Both the position numbers and the translations under genes were made by a program. DNA of 64,000 nt from Desulfobacterales bacterium. Its GTDB lineage: Bacteria; Desulfobacterota; Desulfobacteria; Desulfobacterales; UBA5616. Location: assembly GCA_046483495.1 (NCBI GenBank), contig JAWODC010000077.1, positions 1 to 64,000 on the forward strand, in the 5' to 3' direction. This document shows, piece by piece, positions 48,916 through 57,798 of the stretch (positions are counted from its first letter, which is position 1; each line of letters starts with the position of its first letter). The notes below the pieces were generated by a model that was not told where the DNA came from, made no database searches, and was given only the letters and a program-made list of their open reading frames with translations.

Positions 48916-49872
48916 TTAATCCATTACGTGGGAGATGAAACAGTATTTGAAGAAGGATTGTTCATCTTCTCTTTGCTGAACGGTTACGGTTCGCGCGGCC
49001 TGGGCTGAACCATGATCATCTTTGACCATGTAAATGATATCATAGTCGGTTCCGGCCTTAGATGTATCGATTCTGTTCGGGTCTGCGGCCTCCCCGTTTA
49101 CCTTTACCTCGACTTGGCCGGTAATATCTTCATTCAAGAAATTAATGGCCCTTGCCCCCGAATCCACATACCGGTCACCTTTTTGAATATTGACCATGGG
49201 GTCTCCCTTCAGTGTCAACACCGGCGGCGCCGGTTCGACGACATGGACGGTGCGGGAAACCTCATCAGCAGGTTTGTTGTTGCTTCCCACGACATTGTAG
49301 GTGACGGTGTACGTGCCGGGGGTGCTCGTATCGAGCGTGCTGTCTGCGGTTATCTTGTCGCTGATGTTGTTTCCGGTTTCTTCAAAAGCCATGGCGCCCG
49401 GGTCGGTAAATGAAGCCCCTTTTTCCACCCACATTTCCGGCTTGCCGATAATCGTCAGGAGGGGAGGCGGATCCACAACGCGGTTGCCGGTCAAATTGGC
49501 GTCTGTACTGTAAACTTTTCGGGTGCTGTCTTTAAAATTGTAAACCGACATGTATATCTTGCCGGTAAACTTATCGTCGTTGACAGCGGAGAGGTTGATT
49601 TTATCTACCTGGACCCAAAAACCGCGTACCAGGGTCCGTTCGGGAAGAGGGCCTAAAATCAGGTACTTGTCGTTCCGAATGGATCCTTTGATTCCGGCGT
49701 AATGGAATGAATCCCCTTCCTGCGTGATCAACAGCCGATCCATTTTCAGTTCCTGCCCCGGTGCATCGGTTTTAACGTCCCAAATACCCGTTAAATCGGC
49801 CGCATTACCGTAGGCGCAGAGTCCGAAAAAAAGGACAGTAATGCTTATCGCTGTCAGTTTGGCTAATTTCAT
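48916..49872 (-). CDS. Secreted protein with two DUF5011/Ig-like repeats and a C-terminal CFI-box-like motif
   Basis: Signal peptide; FTDPGAMA...PGTYTVTYNV...RTVHV, repeated; ends KYCFISHVMD. Confidence 0.82.
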   Translation of the reverse strand: MKLAKLTAISITVLFFGLCAYGNAADLTGIWDVKTDAPGQELKMDRLLITQEGDSFHYAGIKGSIRNDKYLILGPLPERTLVRGFWVQVDKINLSAVNDDKFTGKIYMSVYNFKDSTRKVYSTDANLTGNRVVDPPPLLTIIGKPEMWVEKGASFTDPGAMAFEETGNNISDKITADSTLDTSTPGTYTVTYNVVGSNNKPADEVSRTVHVVEPAPPVLTLKGDPMVNIQKGDRYVDSGARAINFLNEDITGQVEVKVNGEAADPNRIDTSKAGTDYDIIYMVKDDHGSAQAARTVTVQQREDEQSFFKYCFISHVMD

Positions 49873-50150
49873 ACGTTCCTCCCTTTGTTGGTAATCGTCA
49901 GACTGGAATCATTTGGTGAAAAAAGCGGATGTGAAAAAACTGCAGATCTCTATATACCATTTTAAGAAATAATTAAAATAAAAAAATTGAAGGTGATTTA
50001 ATTTTTTCACGTTTTATTTTCTTGACCCTCTTTTCGGCACATGTAAATCTTAAAAAGAAGCTCTTTTTTGCCGGAAACATTGTCATCCGGTGTGAAGACA
50101 AACAGGTAGGGCAGGGATGGACATCGTTCGAAGAGGGATCATTGGACTTG

Positions 50151-52145
50151 ATGAATACGAATACAGCACTCAGTCAGTACCAAAAACCCGAGATACTGGC
50201 GCCGGCGGGTAACAAGGCGGCCTTCTTCGCCGCTGTTTCAGCCGGTGCCGATGCGGTATACTGCGGAATGAAGCGGTTTTCCGCCCGCATGGAAGCCAAA
50301 AACTTTACGGTTTCGGAACTGGCGGGACTGGTTCGATTGAGCCGACGAAAACATGTGAAAGTATACGTGGCGGTAAATACGCTGCTGACAACCGATGACC
50401 TTTCGCAAACGGCCGAGTTGCTGAATCAACTCGTCAAGTATGTTCAACCGGACGCGCTGATCGTTCAAGACCTGGCCGTCATCGCCCTGGCCCGACAAAC
50501 GGGGTTCGGCGGGGAGATCCACCTGTCTACGCTGGCAAATGTCGGTATTCCCGGTTCGCTCGACGAAATTTCACGCATTTTCCGCGTTGACAGGGTAGTG
50601 ATGCCAAGGGAGTTGACCATCGATGAAATCAAGTCGATGGCAAACGCCTGCCCACCCGGAATGAATCTGGAGGTATTCGTTCACGGTGCGCTGTGTTATG
50701 CCGTTTCCGGCAGGTGTTACTGGAGCAGTTTCCTGGGGGGCAAAAGCGGCCTTAAAGGCCGCTGCGTTCAGCCCTGCAGAAGGCTATATGAGCAGAACTG
50801 TCAAAAAAATAAATTTTTTTCGTGCCAAGACCTCAGCCTGGATGTGCTGGTGAAGGTTCTAAAGGAGGTTCCCCGCATCGCAGCGTGGAAGATAGAAGGA
50901 CGGAAAAAAGGTCCGCATTATGTATATTACACCACGAGCGCATATCGGATTTTAAGGGATGAAGGAAATGATCCCGCGGCAAAGAAAGCGGCTGTCGGAT
51001 TGTTGGAGAGAGCATTGGGCCGTCCCGGCACCCACTATTTTTTTCTGCCCCAGCGAATGTACAACCCGGTGAGTTCGGAGCGGCATACCGGTTCCGGCTT
51101 GTTTATAGCAGCGGTAAGCGGATTGAGACGCAGGCCGATCATTACGCCCAGGGAGGCGCTCTTTCCCGGGGATGTGCTTCGGGTGGGATATGAAGATGAG
51201 ACCTGGCACAAAATTTATCGTGTGGGAAAATATGTGCCGAAAAAAGGAAGGTTCGAACTGAAGGTGGACAGCGGCAAAGGGGCGGAGAAGGGGACCCCGG
51301 TCTTTTTGATCGACCGACGGGAAAAAGAGCTGCAGCATATCATAGCTGCATTCCAAGAGGAATTGGACAGCATTCCCCCGGTTGGCGTCCAGGACACGCC
51401 TGTTCGGATCAGACTTCCCAAAAAAACCCGGACGGTAATCCCCTTTTCTGAAATGTTCGTGTATCGCGGTCATCCCTACCCGGACGGGGGAGCACTGAAC
51501 GGGGTCTGGTTGTCTCATGAAAATGCCGAAAATGCCGGCAAAAAGAAAAAAACGTCCATATGGTGGTGGCTTCCTCCGGTCGTATGGCCCGCGGATGAAG
51601 AAAACATGGCTGATATGATCGGCAGGATGATTAACCGGGGCCAAAAACAATTCGTGCTCAATGCGCCCTGGCAACGGTGTTTTTTTGATGATCCGGAAAA
51701 GTGTCGGCTTTGGGCAGGCCCGTTTTGCAACGCGGCAAATCCCGTGGCTGTCGATCAGCTTAAAGCATACGGGTTTTCGGGCGTCATTGTCAGCCCCGAG
51801 CTTTCAAAACGCGACTTTTCGGCTTTGCCGAAGAACAGTCCCTTGCCGCTCGGAATCGTCGTTTCCGGCAATTGGCCCCTCTGCATTTCCAGAAGCGTGT
51901 CTGAAGAGTTAGAGACGAAAACGATCTTTACCAGCCCGAAAAACGAGGGGGCCTGGGCCGTGAGACATGGTTCGAACATCTGGGTTTATCCGAATTGGAA
52001 TGTGGATATTCGCTCTCAAACAAAACTGCTGAAAAAGGCCGGATACCGGCTGTTCGTGAACCTTATCGAACCGTTGCCTGAAACGGTGACCTTGAAGAAG
52101 AGGCCCGGGAAGTGGAACTGGGATTTGGAGGCGGTCGAAGCGTAA
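50151..52145 (+). CDS. U32 family protein (RlhA/TrhP-like Fe-S hydroxylase)
   Basis: PEILAPAG, GADAVYCG, EVFVHGALC...SGRC...GRCVQPCR, KIEGR. Confidence 0.9.
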   Translation: MNTNTALSQYQKPEILAPAGNKAAFFAAVSAGADAVYCGMKRFSARMEAKNFTVSELAGLVRLSRRKHVKVYVAVNTLLTTDDLSQTAELLNQLVKYVQPDALIVQDLAVIALARQTGFGGEIHLSTLANVGIPGSLDEISRIFRVDRVVMPRELTIDEIKSMANACPPGMNLEVFVHGALCYAVSGRCYWSSFLGGKSGLKGRCVQPCRRLYEQNCQKNKFFSCQDLSLDVLVKVLKEVPRIAAWKIEGRKKGPHYVYYTTSAYRILRDEGNDPAAKKAAVGLLERALGRPGTHYFFLPQRMYNPVSSERHTGSGLFIAAVSGLRRRPIITPREALFPGDVLRVGYEDETWHKIYRVGKYVPKKGRFELKVDSGKGAEKGTPVFLIDRREKELQHIIAAFQEELDSIPPVGVQDTPVRIRLPKKTRTVIPFSEMFVYRGHPYPDGGALNGVWLSHENAENAGKKKKTSIWWWLPPVVWPADEENMADMIGRMINRGQKQFVLNAPWQRCFFDDPEKCRLWAGPFCNAANPVAVDQLKAYGFSGVIVSPELSKRDFSALPKNSPLPLGIVVSGNWPLCISRSVSEELETKTIFTSPKNEGAWAVRHGSNIWVYPNWNVDIRSQTKLLKKAGYRLFVNLIEPLPETVTLKKRPGKWNWDLEAVEA

Positions 52146-52188
52146 CGGCGGTATCGGGTCGAAGCCCGTTCTCACCGAGACCGGCGGG

Positions 52189-52899
52189 TTACATCTTTTT
52201 CAAATAGAGCACCAGACTTTTCCCCATCAATGGGTTTAACAGGGTGTCCAAAAACCGGGTCAGTCGGGGTTTTTGCATGATGTCCCAGGTCAAAAACCGG
52301 TGGTATAAATCGATTGCCGGAACGTGTTCACGTGTTGGTCCAAGCAGACATTTCAGCCACCAGTAGGGCGAGTGGAGGCTGTGTGCATAGCCGGTTTTCC
52401 AGAGCAAACCCCCCTCTTTTTCCAGCAATGCAATCAACTGTTTTTTTCGGTAGATCCGCACATGTCCCTGGTTGACATTATGATAGTCGTCCGACAGCAT
52501 CCAGCAGATCCATTCGGGGAAAAACCGCGGAACGCTGACGACGAGGTTTCGTCCCGGCTTGAGAACCCGCGTGATTTCCCTTGCCGCTTTTTCATGCTCG
52601 GGAATATGCTCCATGACTTCGGAACAGATGACAAGATCGAAGTGTTCGTCTTCAAACGGCAGGCATGTAATATCGGCGGTGAGAAGCATCCAGGAGCCGC
52701 CGCCGTTTTCCCCGAGATCATCGTGGTAACAGAGTCTCTCTTTTGCCTCTTTCAAATCTTCGAAACACAGGTCCGCGCCCACGGCGGTGACGTTGTCATA
52801 CCGGTAGGCGGCGCATGTATGGCGTCCCGGACCGCAGCCGATATCCAGAATCCGGTATCCCGGCCGGATGCCGAGGGCGTTAAAATCTACCGTAATCAC
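52189..52899 (-). CDS. Class I SAM-dependent methyltransferase
   Basis: LDIGCGPGRH, LPFED, ICSEVMEHI, HSPYWWLKC; GTG start with GAGG RBS. Confidence 0.9.
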   Translation of the reverse strand: MITVDFNALGIRPGYRILDIGCGPGRHTCAAYRYDNVTAVGADLCFEDLKEAKERLCYHDDLGENGGGSWMLLTADITCLPFEDEHFDLVICSEVMEHIPEHEKAAREITRVLKPGRNLVVSVPRFFPEWICWMLSDDYHNVNQGHVRIYRKKQLIALLEKEGGLLWKTGYAHSLHSPYWWLKCLLGPTREHVPAIDLYHRFLTWDIMQKPRLTRFLDTLLNPLMGKSLVLYLKKM

Positions 52900-54127
52900 G
52901 AATGACCTCTCGATACACATCCACCGTTTTCTCGGCGGCCTTTTTCCACGTGAAATGCTCTTGGACCCGCCGGTATCCGTCTTTTCCAAGCTTTTCGGCG
53001 TATTCCGGTTGGTCCATAATCAGCTGCATGGCCCCGGCGAGGGCATCGGCATCGGCGGGCGGCACAAGGAGGCCGGCGTTTCCGACCACCTCGGGAAGCG
53101 CACCGCCGGTGGTGCTGATAACGGGAACGCCGCAGGCCATTGCCTCACCAACGGGCAGCCCGAATCCTTCGTACACCGACGGCACCACTGCGGCAGTAGC
53201 CATGGCATATTGCCGGACGAATTCTTCGTCACCGATGCGGCCGGTAAATGTCACGGAATCGGTAAGACCGAGTCGGCGAACGAGTTTCGTTATGCCGCTG
53301 TCTTTTTTGGGTTGGCCGACCACCACCAGGGAAACGGGACGTTTCCGGTTGATTTTTTCCATGGCGGCAAGTAAATATTTCAGCCCTTTTAACGGCGTAT
53401 CCGCGCTGTTGGTGACGATAAAGCGGTTTTTTCGGCGCTTGACGTGGGCAAGGGGGCGGAAAAGGGCCGTGTTGATGCCGTTTGGTACGACGCTCAGTCG
53501 ATCTTGCGAAATACGAAAGTCTTCGGCGATGTCTTTTTTCGCGCTTTCAGATACCGTGATCAACCGCGAAAACGACCGGGTGACGCGTTTTTGCATTCCC
53601 AGAAAAGAATACCACCGGAGCTGCTTGAATTTGAATAAAAATGAGGATCGGGACTTTAAGTCGATCTCCCGGTCAACCGTAATCGGGTGGTGGATCGTGG
53701 GTATGGTCGGCATGAATTTGCTGATGCCCCACACACCGTAGGAAAGGCTTTGGTTGTCATGGACGATGTCGTATAAACGGCGCTTTCGCTTTACATATCC
53801 ATAAGCTCTCAATCCGAAGGTGAACGGTTCCGGGAACCCCGTGGTGGAAACGCCGATCCATTCGGCCATGCTTATCGGGTCGCAGAGTTCCTTCAGCCCC
53901 GGGATGCGGAAGGGATCTTCGGGATTATACAAATCCAGGCTGGGCATGTGAATTACCGGAATGTCCGGATCCAGCAAGGGGTCCGGCGGACCTGATACAA
54001 CGGTCACCCGGTGGCCTAAATCCTTCAGTGAACGGCTCAGGTTCTTGATATAGACACCCTGCCCGCCGCAATGGGGATTGCTCCGGTAGCTCAGCAGGCA
54101 TATGCGTAAGGGGGATAAACCCGCCAT
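52880..54127 (-). CDS. Glycosyltransferase family 4
   Basis: SYRSNPHCGGQGVY, VVPNGI, KGL, PSVYEGFGLP..EAMACG. Confidence 0.93.
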   Translation of the reverse strand: MAGLSPLRICLLSYRSNPHCGGQGVYIKNLSRSLKDLGHRVTVVSGPPDPLLDPDIPVIHMPSLDLYNPEDPFRIPGLKELCDPISMAEWIGVSTTGFPEPFTFGLRAYGYVKRKRRLYDIVHDNQSLSYGVWGISKFMPTIPTIHHPITVDREIDLKSRSSFLFKFKQLRWYSFLGMQKRVTRSFSRLITVSESAKKDIAEDFRISQDRLSVVPNGINTALFRPLAHVKRRKNRFIVTNSADTPLKGLKYLLAAMEKINRKRPVSLVVVGQPKKDSGITKLVRRLGLTDSVTFTGRIGDEEFVRQYAMATAAVVPSVYEGFGLPVGEAMACGVPVISTTGGALPEVVGNAGLLVPPADADALAGAMQLIMDQPEYAEKLGKDGYRRVQEHFTWKKAAEKTVDVYREVIRDYGRF

Positions 54128-54232
54128 GGGATCGGCTCCAGTGAAAAAAGTAAAAAGATCACATACAGCGAATGGCGGATATTCGTCAAGGGATAAGAGC
54201 CTCCGAAGAAAAAAATATTATCTCCTCTTCAC

Positions 54233-54278
54233 ATCGGTATCGGCATCATGATCGAAAGCGGATCGGTATCGATTTCGG
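54233..54278. repeat. Degenerate hexamer tract (ATCGGT-like)
   Basis: atcggtatcggcatcatgatcgaa...atcggtatcgatttcg. Confidence 0.55.
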
Positions 54279-54415
54279 CTTTAAAGGACGCTGCAAAAAA
54301 TAACTTTACTTTTGTCAAAAAATAGTATTTACTGCACCAAATTTTTTTCAAGGAGAGGTGCGATGAATTAACAGTTTGCATTTATTACCAATTGTTTCAA
54401 CAAAGGAGGAGGAAG

Positions 54416-55765
54416 ATGAAGAAAATACTTGGTTTCGCAGCGGCCCTTTTATTGTTGATCCCTTCATTGGCGACGGCCATCGACATGTCCGATGTCGAAT
54501 TCGGCGGTCAGGTGCGTATGCGGGGGTATGCGTTGGAAAACATGTGGAGCTTTAACAGCGATTTGGATTTTGATGAATGGGATGTATTTCGCCTGAAAGC
54601 CAGCTTGTGGACCCGTGTTAATCTGGGGGACAATGTCAGCGCATTCATCCAGTTGACCGACCAGACCTATGGCGAAGGCGTCGTTCAATTCGATGCCGGG
54701 AGGAACGCCCTGGGAGAAAGGGACGTCTGGGAAGAGGACAACAAAAGCAACAAGATTTTTTTGGACAATGCCTACATCGATGCCAAAAACGTTTTGGGCC
54801 CGATCAGCCTCAGAATAGGGCGTCAGAACCTGATCTACGGATCCGGGTTCGTTATTCTTGACGGCCAGTCCCAATTTGCTTCCACATCCATCTATTTTGA
54901 CGGTGTAAAAGCTACCATGGATATCACGGACAACATTTCCCTGGATGCATTTTACATGAAGGACCAGGAAAACACCCGCTCAAATTTAACCGAAGATGAT
55001 ATCAATTTGATGGGGCTTTACCTCACTGCCACGGGATGTCCGGTGATCAGGGGGAAGCAGGAATTCTACGTGTTGAACCGTGAAGATGAATCCCTGGACA
55101 AAGACATTTGGATGTTCGGAATTCGTGTATCCGATAAGTTCGACTTCGGCCTTGACTACTCCGCGGAAGTCGCCGTTCAACGAGGTGATGCATGGGAAGA
55201 CAGGGATGATGATGTGCCGGGGTATACCGCCGGAGATCAGGAAGCCCTCGGATATAAGCTGGATCTTGGCTATACGATCCCGATTGACCTTTCACCCCGG
55301 GTATTCGGGCAGTACGTGTTCATGAGCGGCGACGAAGCCGATACCGATGATTGGGAAGGATGGGATGTATTTTATGGCGGATGGCCCCAATTCGGCGACC
55401 TGTTGGCGTGGGTGTACGTATTCGGTCCCGCGGTTGTCTCCGATCCTGCAGGGTCGACAATCGGAGAAGCAGCATATACCAACCTGCACATCGCCACTAT
55501 CGGTGCTGAATTCAATATCGAGGATAAATTATTCCCCAAATTCTCCTATTCCAGGCTTCAGTTTGATGAGGATAATGCCGTCTACGGACTGAATGACGAT
55601 GATTTCGGCGATTACTATCAGTTCAGCGCAAAATACAAGTACTCTAAAATGTTGAGTTTCGCCGCTTACTACGCCATTATCGAACCGGGTGACGGAGTTC
55701 AGGACCTTGCAGAATCCGATGATAATGCCCAGGAATTCTTCTGGGAAGCGGAAGTAAAGTTTTAA
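54416..55765 (+). CDS. Outer-membrane beta-barrel (alginate-export-like porin)
   Basis: Signal peptide, LRIGRQNLIYG, FDGVK, C-terminal Phe; AGGAGG RBS. Confidence 0.85.
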   Translation: MKKILGFAAALLLLIPSLATAIDMSDVEFGGQVRMRGYALENMWSFNSDLDFDEWDVFRLKASLWTRVNLGDNVSAFIQLTDQTYGEGVVQFDAGRNALGERDVWEEDNKSNKIFLDNAYIDAKNVLGPISLRIGRQNLIYGSGFVILDGQSQFASTSIYFDGVKATMDITDNISLDAFYMKDQENTRSNLTEDDINLMGLYLTATGCPVIRGKQEFYVLNREDESLDKDIWMFGIRVSDKFDFGLDYSAEVAVQRGDAWEDRDDDVPGYTAGDQEALGYKLDLGYTIPIDLSPRVFGQYVFMSGDEADTDDWEGWDVFYGGWPQFGDLLAWVYVFGPAVVSDPAGSTIGEAAYTNLHIATIGAEFNIEDKLFPKFSYSRLQFDEDNAVYGLNDDDFGDYYQFSAKYKYSKMLSFAAYYAIIEPGDGVQDLAESDDNAQEFFWEAEVKF

Positions 55766-55826
55766 ACTACCATTCGATTACTCTAGGAAAACGTCCAGAG
55801 TGTCGCTTAATTTTTTTGGCCTGTCA

Positions 55827-55867
55827 CATACAAAAAGGGCACGGCTTTGCCGTGCCCTTTTTGTATG
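55827..55867. terminator. Bidirectional intrinsic terminator
   Basis: catacaaaaagggcacggc-ttt-gccgtgccctttttgtatg: perfect 19 bp stem with A/T tails. Confidence 0.9.
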
Positions 55868-55951
55868 GCCGGTTTGGAAGTGTTCTGCTTCCTTTTTGCA
55901 GGCGGAACAGCTTCGGGGCATTCGCCGGACAAGATGCCTTCGTCGAATGGA

Positions 55952-56254
55952 TCAAAGGTCCCGGGGATCCAGCTTTTCCTTGATGCTGCCTTCACCGTCT
56001 ATGACAAAAATCATGAATCCATTGGCGGCGGCGTCTTCGGCCAGTTCCTTGAGTCTGACCGCCTGGACCTCGACCTTTTGGCTCTTGTCCCGGTTCACGA
56101 GATGAAACCCTTTTAATCCATCATCCTTGGTGGGGAATGCGGGGATGAATAAAACGTCGCTTTCAGCGTCATGCTGTCCGACGTATTGTTCGTTGCCTGC
56201 AGCCCCTTGCACCATCACCCATACCCATGGATTTTTTTCTGCTTTCTCGTTCAT
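55952..56254 (-). CDS. Hypothetical protein
   Basis: 100 aa ORF with AGGA upstream, co-oriented with the operon. Confidence 0.7.
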   Translation of the reverse strand: MNEKAEKNPWVWVMVQGAAGNEQYVGQHDAESDVLFIPAFPTKDDGLKGFHLVNRDKSQKVEVQAVRLKELAEDAAANGFMIFVIDGEGSIKEKLDPRDL

Positions 56255-56277
56255 GCTTTTCCTTTTTTGTATGCCGA

Positions 56278-57312
56278 TCAAAATGCCGTTTCAAAAAGCA
56301 TACCATACTTTTCCGATGTCATGTCCAGTGAAATTCGGATGCGGTGACCCTGCTTGAGCTCCTCGATAAAGTTCAGGGTCTGCCGCCGGTTGAATTTGTT
56401 TGCGCAATTGATGCCGCCGTAAATGTTGCCGCCGTAGAAACCGGCCTCGACAAAGGCGATGACGCCGCCTAAGGCGGGATTGCCGTTTTCAAAAGCCGAA
56501 ACCGCCGCCCATATCATGCCGCCGTTGAGAAGAAAGGCGGTCAATGCATCCCTGTAGCGATTGCAGTAAACATATCCGCCACCGGGGATGATCGAAACGG
56601 CGGCGGCCAGTTTCGGGTTCTTTCGGGGGATGTGGTCGGCGCGTTCGAGCCGCTCGACGAGCGTGGGCACACCGAAGACCGGTTGATTAGCCGGGCTGAT
56701 GCGGTGCAGCGCGGCCAAGGCCGGCTCCCATTCGGCATATTCGATAAATATCCACGCCATGCCGTGCCAGGCCCTGTCGCGAATTGCAGACTTTTCGGCG
56801 GTTTTCGTCACCCGTTCCAGAATCTGAACTGCGGATCGAGGGTCGTTGCGTTTCAGGTACACGTTGCTGAGTTCAAAATGGGCATCGAGCGCGAAATCGG
56901 AGCCCTCGTATTCTTGAATCAGGTATTCAAATCGTTCTTCTGCCTTCGCATATTCGCCCAGCTCATAATAGGACCTGCCGATATGAAATCGGGCGGCACC
57001 CACCCGGGGATCATCGGGAAAAAAATGGACGAAGCGCTCGTATTCCGCCGCCGCACGATCGAATTCTCCCCTGTCGAAATACGTTTGGGCAAAATCAAAC
57101 TGCTCATCGGCGGAAATGCATCGTTTTGGGATTTCCGACCCGTTCTCGCGTTCGGCAGGGGATGCCGCAACAGCCGGCAACAGGATGACGGCTAATAGAA
57201 CAATGTGTTGAATCGAGAAAAAAAACAGCGTCCGTCGGAAGAAAGCACGAAATCCGAAATCCGAAATTCGAAACAAAGCCTTATAATCGTGCTGAATGGT
57301 TAAAGGACGCAT
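56278..57312 (-). CDS. TPR-repeat protein (BamD/YfiO-like N-terminal part); start uncertain
   Basis: QFDFAQTYF...AAAEYERF...FP; TM2-like tail IPGGGYVY. Confidence 0.8.
   Translation of the reverse strand: MRPLTIQHDYKALFRISDFGFRAFFRRTLFFFSIQHIVLLAVILLPAVAASPAERENGSEIPKRCISADEQFDFAQTYFDRGEFDRAAAEYERFVHFFPDDPRVGAARFHIGRSYYELGEYAKAEERFEYLIQEYEGSDFALDAHFELSNVYLKRNDPRSAVQILERVTKTAEKSAIRDRAWHGMAWIFIEYAEWEPALAALHRISPANQPVFGVPTLVERLERADHIPRKNPKLAAAVSIIPGGGYVYCNRYRDALTAFLLNGGMIWAAVSAFENGNPALGGVIAFVEAGFYGGNIYGGINCANKFNRRQTLNFIEELKQGHRIRISLDMTSEKYGMLFETAF
57248..57274. repeat. Heptamer tract (CGAAATC)n
   Basis: cgaaatccgaaatccgaaattcgaaac. Confidence 0.8.
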
Positions 57313-57331
57313 AATACTTTAACCCGATGTT

Positions 57332-57724
57332 TTAGTTTCTCCAGAAGTCGTTTTCGGTCACCGTGTCGGATGTATGGGGAACCCCGTTTATGTACACTTT
57401 AGAGCCTCGTTTGACTTCATCACGACCGCATCGTATCAGACGATCGCAGGCCATAAACCACCCCATTATCGGTCCGTGTCTTTCAATCGCCTGTATGCCG
57501 TAATGGGAGCAGGACGGGTGCATGGGGCAGCGTCCGCCTAAAACAGGGGATAAATGTTTTTGGTACAGCCGAATTGGAAGCGCAGCAATCGACGCCTCTT
57601 CGGCTGTTTCTTCTAATTTTGCGGGATTTTCGACAGGCAGCAGATCCGCCCAATCGGCAAATGCCGTTCCCGCAGTCAGGCCCGACACAATCACCACTAT
57701 TGGAAGTATATTAAAAAATTTCAT
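57332..57724 (-). CDS. YidD-like membrane protein insertion efficiency factor domain protein
   Basis: IRLYQKHLSP...CPMHPSCSHY...DRLIRC. Confidence 0.85.
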   Translation of the reverse strand: MKFFNILPIVVIVSGLTAGTAFADWADLLPVENPAKLEETAEEASIAALPIRLYQKHLSPVLGGRCPMHPSCSHYGIQAIERHGPIMGWFMACDRLIRCGRDEVKRGSKVYINGVPHTSDTVTENDFWRN

Positions 57725-57798
57725 TCTTTGGGTTCCATACGCAAACCCCGAGGGGTTAACTGTATTCGTATTCAATTTTCTTTAAGCCGTGCCCCCGT

